From contig CAVRAY010000001.1 of the NCBI GenBank assembly GCA_963719225.1, positions 512,001-576,000 on the forward strand: a stretch of DNA of 64,000 bases, written 5' to 3'. The notes under the pieces were generated by a model that made no database searches, was not told the origin of the DNA, and saw nothing but the letters and a program-made list of their open reading frames with translations. Below are positions 58,074 through 64,000 of the stretch, one piece after another (the first letter of the stretch is position 1; every line of letters begins with the position of its first letter). This DNA comes from Thermoanaerobaculia bacterium. GTDB lineage: Bacteria; Acidobacteriota; Thermoanaerobaculia; UBA5066. The position numbers were made by a program, and so were the translations under genes.

Positions 58074-59435
58074 ATGGCCGCGGAGATCCTGCTCGTCGAA
58101 GACCGCGAGTCTCTCCGCGCGATGCTCGCGGAGACGTTGACACGAGAGGGCTACAGCGTCGAGGCCGTGGCGACCGGCGAAGAGGCGCTGCGCCGTCTCG
58201 CCGAAGGGCGCCGCTACACGCTCGTCCTCACGGACTTCAAGATGCCGGGCGCCGACGGCCTCGCCGTCCTTCGGGCGGCGACGGCGTCCGACGCCGCCAT
58301 GCCCGTCGTCGTCCTCACCGGGTTCGGAACCGTCGAAACGGCGGTCACGGCCATGAAGATGGGGGCGGCCGACTTCCTCAGCAAGCCGGTAGACCCCGAC
58401 CTCCTTCTCCTCCTCGTGGCGCGACACGTGCGCGCCCGGCGCTCGGCGGTCGCGCACTCTCTTCTCGCCGCCGAAGCGGGCCTCGCGGGAATGCCCGAGA
58501 TCGTGGGCACGTCTCAGGCGCTTGCCGAGGCCCTCGAACGGATCCGGGCGGCCGCCGCGTCGGACGTCACCGTCCTCCTGACGGGCGAGTCCGGCACCGG
58601 CAAGGAGCTGTTCGCCCGGGCCATGCACGCGCTCTCGCCACGGGCGCCGGGACCGTTCGTCGCCGTCAACGTCGCCGCCCTGCCTGAGAGCCTGGTCGAA
58701 AACGAGCTCTTCGGGCACGAGCGGGGCGCGTACACCGGCGCGAGCGAGCGGCGTGCGGGGCGTTTCGAGCTCGCCGACGGGGGCACGCTTTTTCTCGACG
58801 AGATCGGCGAGCTGCCACCCGCGGCCCAGGCCAAGTTCCTCAGGGCCGTGGAGGAGCGGACGTTTCTTCGCGTGGGCGGCACGGTGCCGATCGCGGTCGA
58901 CGTGCGGATCGTCACGGCCACGAACCGCGAGCTCGCCTCTCTCGTCAAGTCGGGGGCGTTCCGGGAGGACCTCTTTTATCGCCTCGACGTCTTCCCGGTG
59001 CGCCTGCCCCCGCTGCGCGCCCGGAAGGACGACATTCCGGCGCTCGCGAGCGTTTTCGCGGCCTCGGCGGCCCGCCAGGTCAAGAAGAAGACGCCGTCGT
59101 TCTCGCCCGCCGCGCTCGAGCGGCTCCAGGCGCACGACTGGCCGGGCAACGTGCGGGAGCTTCGAAACGTCATCGAGCGGGCCGTCCTCCTCGCGGCGGG
59201 AGAGGTCATCCGGCCGGCGGACGTCGTCGTGGGCGTTCCGGGCGAGACACAGCCGCGGTATCCCTCGCTCGACGGGACGCTCGAAGACACCGCGGAAAGG
59301 TGGCGGCGCGCGGGGGAGTCGGCGCGGATCCGGCGTTCGCTCGAGGCCACGGGAGGGGACAAAGCCCGTTCCGCCGAGGACCTCGGCGTGCCCCTCCGAA
59401 AGCTCGCGCAGAGGATGAAGGAGCTGGGAATCTGA
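58074..59435 (+). CDS. Sigma54-dependent response regulator (PilR/NtrC-like)
   Basis: REC domain (VED, TDFKMP), GESGTGKE, GAYTGA, FLDEIG, DLFYRL, WPGNVREL, Fis-type HTH. Confidence 0.95.
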   Translation: MAAEILLVEDRESLRAMLAETLTREGYSVEAVATGEEALRRLAEGRRYTLVLTDFKMPGADGLAVLRAATASDAAMPVVVLTGFGTVETAVTAMKMGAADFLSKPVDPDLLLLLVARHVRARRSAVAHSLLAAEAGLAGMPEIVGTSQALAEALERIRAAAASDVTVLLTGESGTGKELFARAMHALSPRAPGPFVAVNVAALPESLVENELFGHERGAYTGASERRAGRFELADGGTLFLDEIGELPPAAQAKFLRAVEERTFLRVGGTVPIAVDVRIVTATNRELASLVKSGAFREDLFYRLDVFPVRLPPLRARKDDIPALASVFAASAARQVKKKTPSFSPAALERLQAHDWPGNVRELRNVIERAVLLAAGEVIRPADVVVGVPGETQPRYPSLDGTLEDTAERWRRAGESARIRRSLEATGGDKARSAEDLGVPLRKLAQRMKELGI

Positions 59436-59468
59436 CTTCGCGCGTCTAGAATCGGACTCACGAAGTCG

Positions 59469-62400
59469 ATGAGGAAAAGCTCCCGCCCGCTCTTCGCCCT
59501 CGTTCTCCTCGCCTCTCCGGCTGCCGCTCGGACGGTTCCGGAATTCGACGCGTTCGCGGCAGCTTCGCCCGTGCGTCGCGCGCTCGCACTTCCGGCCGGC
59601 GACGTCGCCCGGCCCGGTACCGTCGTTCACGTCGAAGAACGCCTCGGTGTCCCGACGTTCCTCCAGCCCGCGCGCGCAGGGGAGAGCGGCCGACGCGCTC
59701 TCGCGCGAAAGGGCGTCGACGCCGAGAGCGTCGCCCGGGCGCACCTGCTCGACATCGCGCCGCTCTGGGGCCTCTCGGAGCCGGACGTTCTTTCGGCGCC
59801 GCTCGCGCAGATCCACGATACCGGGAAAGGGCCCATCGTCGTGCAGCTCCGCCAGGAGGCCTTCGGCGTGCCCGTCTTCCGGGACGAGATCCGCATCGCG
59901 ATGAACCGTGCGTACCAGCCCGTGGCGGTGGCGGGCTACCTTCCCTCGGTGGCGGGCCTTTCGGAGCCGGTCTTCGCGCTCGCCCCGGGTGACGCGCTCG
60001 TGCGGGCGCTGGCGGACTTCGGGGTCACGGGCCTGACGCCGGCTGACGTCGAGAATCTCGGCGCGGCGCCGGGCGGCTACGAGCGACTCGGCCTCGCGGG
60101 CGTGCGACACGGTCTGCTCGCAGCGCCGGTGCGGGCGAAGAAGGTCCTCTTCCACCTGCCGGGGCGCCTCGAGCCGGGCTGGTACCTCGAGATCGACGTC
60201 CCGAAGGAGCGAGCCGGCTCCGATCTCTACGCGGTCGTCCTCGCGGCGAAGGACGGAGCGCTCCTGTATCGCCATCGCCTCGCGGCGTCGGACGGCTTCT
60301 CGTACCGCGTGTGGGCCGAGCCGTCCGGGCTCAAGGTCCCCCTCAACGGGCCGCAGGGCCGGGGCGGCGATCCCTATCCCGGCACGACGCCGGACCGGTA
60401 TCAGGCTCCCTTCGTCGCGCCCTCTCTCGTGACGCTCGCCTCCGGACCGATCTCGACGAGGGACCCATGGCTCCCTCCGAGCGCGACCGAGACGAACGGC
60501 AACAACGTGGACGCGTACGCGGACCTCGCCGCGCCCGACGGATTCGGAGCCGGCGATTTCCGCGCGAACGTCACGGCGGCGGGCGTGTTCGACCGGACGT
60601 ACGACGTCACGCAGGAGCCGGGCGCGAGCGACGATCAGAGCAAGGCCGCCATCGCGCACCTCTTCTACGTCACGAATTTCCTTCACGACTGGTATTACGA
60701 CGTGGGCTTCAACGAGGTCGCGGGCAACGCGCAGGCGTCGAACTACGGCCGCGGCGGCATCGAGGGCGACGCGTTGCGCGCGGAGGCGCAGGACTACGAC
60801 GGGACGGACAACGCGGACATGACGACGCCGGCCGACGGCGGCCGGCCCCGGATGCAGATGTACGTCTGGTCGCCGAACGCCCGCCGCATCCTCACCGTGA
60901 CGGCTCCCGCGGCCGCTGCAAGAGTCGTCGACATCGGACTCGCGGACTTCGGCCCGGCTTCGTTCTCCATCGCGGGGACGGTCGTCATCGCGGTCGACGG
61001 GACGCCGCCGGCGTCCGACGCCTGCACCCCGATCACGAACGGCGCGGCTCTCGCTGGAAAGATCGCGCTCGTCGACCGGGGGACGTGCGCCTTCGTGATC
61101 AAGGTTGCGAACGCGCAGGCCGCCGGCGCGATCGGCGTGATCGTCGCGAACAACCAGGGAACGCTGTACTTCAACATGGGCGATTCCCCGGGGGCCACGA
61201 CCCTTCCCTACACGATCCCCGCGGTGTCCATCAGCACGCGGGACGGAAGCGTGCTCAAGTCGTTTCTCGCGCTCCAGGCCCTCACCGTGACGATCCAGCG
61301 CGAGGCCGCGGTGAAACGCGACGGGACGGTCGACAGCCAGATCGTCGCCCACGAGTGGGCGCATTACCTCTCGGACCGCCTCGTCGGAAACGCGAACGGC
61401 CTGAACGCGAACCAGTCGAGCGGCCTCGGCGAAGGCTGGAGCGACTTCAGCTCGCTTCTCCTGACGGTCCAGGCGGGCGACGCGGCGCTGCCGGGGAACT
61501 CGGGCTTCGGCGGCCTCTATCCCATGGGCGGCTACGTCTACGGCGGAGGCGACAACGGCTTCGTCTACAACACCGGCTGGTATTTCGGACTCCGGCGCTA
61601 CCCGTATTCGACGGACATGACGAAAGACCCGCTCACTTACAAGCACATCACGAACGGCGTCGCGCTTCCCACCGGAGTTCCGATCGCCCACCCGGACGAC
61701 GGCTCCTTCAACGCCGAGGCCCATGCGACGGGCGAGATCTGGACGACGATGCTCTGGGAATGCTACGCGGCGCTTCTCCGGGACACGGCTCGGCTCACGT
61801 TCGACCAGGCGCGCGACCGAATGCGCGCGTACTTCGTCGCCTCGCTCAAGGTCACGCCGCTCAACCCGACTCTTCTGGAGGCGCGCGACGCGCTTCTCGC
61901 GGTTGCGTTCGCGGCAGACCCGGACGACCACGCGCTTTTCCTCCGCGCGTTCGCGAAGCGCGGAGCCGGCCCGCGCGCCGCCACGGGCGACCGCTTCGAC
62001 CCGGACAACGCAGGAGCGGTGGAGAGCTTCGACGTCGGCGGCGATCTCGGTGTTGAGGCGGTCGCGGTGGACGACTCGATCGCTCCCTGCGACCGGGACG
62101 GCCGGCTGGACGCGGGCGAGACCGGGAATCTCACGCTCCTCGCGAAGAACCGCGGTCTTTTCCGGCTCTCGGGGACGCAGCTGACGGTCTCTTCCACGAA
62201 CCCCGCGGTTTCGTTCCCGGCGGGGACGACCGTCAGCGTCCCGACGACCGACCCGACGCAGTCGGCCGTCGTGTCGGTCCCTGTGAAGCTCGCCCCGGGC
62301 ACGGCCGGCATCCAGAGCCTCGGGTTCACGATCACGCTGCGCGACCCGAATCTCCTTGCCGACGCGACCGCGACCGTCTCGGTAAGGGGAAACGGCGACG

Positions 62401-63077
62401 ACGTGGCTGCTTCGTCTGCGTCCGACGACGTGGAGTCGGCTCGCACGGAGTGGGGAAGCGCGGCGGCACCCAACCTGAGTCCGGCCGCTTCGTTCGAGCG
62501 CCGCGAGGTCACGCCGTTCGACCACCGCTGGGTCTCGCGCGGCCGATCGGACGTCGCGGACCTCACGCTCACCTCTCCGCGGCTCGTCGTTTCTTCCACC
62601 GTCCCGTTCAGCTTTACGTTCCACCATCGCTACTCTCTGTTCTCTTTCGGGAGCGGAGCGTCGGGCCTGTATTTCGACGGAGGCGTCCTGGAAATCTCGT
62701 CGGATGACGGCGCGACGTGGACCGACGTCGGCGCGTCCGCCGTGCCGGGCTATTCGCACGCCCTTTACGACGACTCCGACGCCGAGAGTCCCCTCCACGG
62801 CCGGCAGGCGTGGTCTGGTGGGTCTCCGGGATTCCCCGGCTTCACCTCAGTGGCGGTGTCGCTCGGAACGGCCTACGCGGGCACGGCGGTGCGCGTGCGT
62901 TTCCGCCGCGGCATGGAGTTCACCGACTCCGCGAGCCTCTGGGAGATCGACGACGTCGCGTTCACCGGCATCACGAACACGCCGTTCCCGGCGTTCGTCG
63001 CGGACCGCGGACGTTGTCGCGGGAAGACGATCCCCATCGGGACGACCGGCGGCGGGACGACCGTCAGGAAGAGGTAG
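59469..63077 (+). CDS. Secreted M36 (fungalysin-like) metallopeptidase with PA domain
   Basis: FTP-like propeptide, GFNE.AGN.Q, DNA.M.TP.DG..PRMQMY, PA domain (RGTC.F), HEWAH...EGWSD. Confidence 0.92.
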   Translation: MRKSSRPLFALVLLASPAAARTVPEFDAFAAASPVRRALALPAGDVARPGTVVHVEERLGVPTFLQPARAGESGRRALARKGVDAESVARAHLLDIAPLWGLSEPDVLSAPLAQIHDTGKGPIVVQLRQEAFGVPVFRDEIRIAMNRAYQPVAVAGYLPSVAGLSEPVFALAPGDALVRALADFGVTGLTPADVENLGAAPGGYERLGLAGVRHGLLAAPVRAKKVLFHLPGRLEPGWYLEIDVPKERAGSDLYAVVLAAKDGALLYRHRLAASDGFSYRVWAEPSGLKVPLNGPQGRGGDPYPGTTPDRYQAPFVAPSLVTLASGPISTRDPWLPPSATETNGNNVDAYADLAAPDGFGAGDFRANVTAAGVFDRTYDVTQEPGASDDQSKAAIAHLFYVTNFLHDWYYDVGFNEVAGNAQASNYGRGGIEGDALRAEAQDYDGTDNADMTTPADGGRPRMQMYVWSPNARRILTVTAPAAAARVVDIGLADFGPASFSIAGTVVIAVDGTPPASDACTPITNGAALAGKIALVDRGTCAFVIKVANAQAAGAIGVIVANNQGTLYFNMGDSPGATTLPYTIPAVSISTRDGSVLKSFLALQALTVTIQREAAVKRDGTVDSQIVAHEWAHYLSDRLVGNANGLNANQSSGLGEGWSDFSSLLLTVQAGDAALPGNSGFGGLYPMGGYVYGGGDNGFVYNTGWYFGLRRYPYSTDMTKDPLTYKHITNGVALPTGVPIAHPDDGSFNAEAHATGEIWTTMLWECYAALLRDTARLTFDQARDRMRAYFVASLKVTPLNPTLLEARDALLAVAFAADPDDHALFLRAFAKRGAGPRAATGDRFDPDNAGAVESFDVGGDLGVEAVAVDDSIAPCDRDGRLDAGETGNLTLLAKNRGLFRLSGTQLTVSSTNPAVSFPAGTTVSVPTTDPTQSAVVSVPVKLAPGTAGIQSLGFTITLRDPNLLADATATVSVRGNGDDVAASSASDDVESARTEWGSAAAPNLSPAASFERREVTPFDHRWVSRGRSDVADLTLTSPRLVVSSTVPFSFTFHHRYSLFSFGSGASGLYFDGGVLEISSDDGATWTDVGASAVPGYSHALYDDSDAESPLHGRQAWSGGSPGFPGFTSVAVSLGTAYAGTAVRVRFRRGMEFTDSASLWEIDDVAFTGITNTPFPAFVADRGRCRGKTIPIGTTGGGTTVRKR

Positions 63078-64000
63078 CGAGGGCGTTCAGGACGGCGCCG
63101 ACCTCGGCGTCCTCCTCTTCGGCGACGCTCCTCAGGTCGAGGAGGACGCGGCCCTCCTCGATCCGCCCGATGACCGGTGGCTCTCCCTTGCGGAGCGCCG
63201 CGAGCAGGGCGTCGGCCGAAAGCGAGGGCCGTGAAAGAGCGACGGCCTTCGAAGGCAGCGTGGACCCGGCGCCCGCGCCGCCTCCCGCGGTCGCGACGGA
63301 GTCGACCGCCGCCGCGTCGAATCCGGCCGCGCGCGCGGCCGCGGCGAGCGCATCCGCCCGCCGCGCCAGGTTTTCGAGGGAGATCTCGAGCATCCGGTGA
63401 AAGGGAATCTCGAGGCGCCGGCCCGCCAGGTGAAGATCGAGCGTCGCGGCGAGGGCCCCGAGGACGAGCTTGTCCGGGCGCAGGGCGCGCGCGAGAGGGT
63501 TGGCTCCCGCGCGCGCGACGAGGTCCTTTTTTCCGATGAGGATTCCCGCCTGAGGGCCGCCGAGCACTTTGTCGCCCGAGAAGCAGACGAGGTCCGCGCC
63601 CGCGTCGAGGGCCTCGAGAGGGACGGGCTCGTCCGCGAGGGCCCGCTCGGCGAAGCGAACGGGCGTGCCTGCCCCGGCGTCGAAGATCAGGGGGACGCCG
63701 TACGTCCCCGCGAGCGACCCGAGCGCGGAAACCGAGACCTCCTCGGTGAAGCCCACGATGCGGTAGTTCGAGGGCCGGACCTTGAGGATCGCGCCCGCGC
63801 CGGCCTCGAGCGCCTCTTCGTAGTCCCTCGGCGTGGTCCGGTTCGTGGTTCCGACCTCGTGGAGCGTGGCGCCGCTCTTCGCGAGGATCGAAGGCACGCG
63901 GAAGTCGCCGCCGATCGCGACGAGCTCGCCGCGCGAAACCGCCACTTTCCGCCCGTTCGCGAGCGTGTCGAGGGCGAGGAGGAGCGCCGCGGCCGTATTC
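63064..64000 (-). CDS. selA: L-seryl-tRNA(Sec) selenium transferase (5' truncated by window)
   Basis: VSRGELV.IGG.FR, EVGTTNRT, SNY.I.GF, FSGDKVLGGPQAG, RALR.DK. Confidence 0.93.
   Translation of the reverse strand, partial: NTAAALLLALDTLANGRKVAVSRGELVAIGGDFRVPSILAKSGATLHEVGTTNRTTPRDYEEALEAGAGAILKVRPSNYRIVGFTEEVSVSALGSLAGTYGVPLIFDAGAGTPVRFAERALADEPVPLEALDAGADLVCFSGDKVLGGPQAGILIGKKDLVARAGANPLARALRPDKLVLGALAATLDLHLAGRRLEIPFHRMLEISLENLARRADALAAAARAAGFDAAAVDSVATAGGGAGAGSTLPSKAVALSRPSLSADALLAALRKGEPPVIGRIEEGRVLLDLRSVAEEEDAEVGAVLNALATSS

Noticed and set aside
57936-62798. 1620-aa minus-strand ORF, and similar long ORFs such as 1317-4586, 30797-33709 and 52677-55799
   Set aside because: Antisense or off-frame to well-supported genes, Arg/Ala-rich and without motifs; expected at high GC.

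Overview
GC-rich bacterial chromosomal window. Protein families suggest Acidobacteriota, possibly Thermoanaerobaculia-like (inference only). It holds about 50 supportable CDSs; most other long ORFs in the six-frame track are GC shadow frames. Left part: housekeeping and metabolic genes (pip, GTP-PEPCK, psd, amino-acid ABC transporter, korAB, VIT1, Rieske oxygenase plus APC permease), an ECF sigma/Ser-Thr kinase module, and a small accessory islet with an intact IS1202-family element (17-bp target duplication), vapBC and an ORFan. Middle: MFS transporter, RluA, glnK-amtB and malQ. Right part: a ~23-kb type IV pilus locus, then an M36 peptidase and a partial selA. Two systems stand out. (1) A tightly coupled operon of membrane-anchored PG amidase, MamK-like actin and Pro-rich transmembrane SPOR protein, with no magnetosome genes in the window; it is a candidate new cytoskeleton-guided cell-wall remodelling module. 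(2) A type IV pilus locus with unusual architectures: a HEAT-repeat-PilT fusion, a prepilin peptidase with a PAS-like insertion, a PilY1 whose vWA domain carries a ~360-aa Thr/Pro mucin-like insertion, a GT-C glycosyltransferase, tandem pilins with sigma54-like promoters, and a frameshifted FimU-like pilin. All family assignments come from motifs read by eye; no searches were run.
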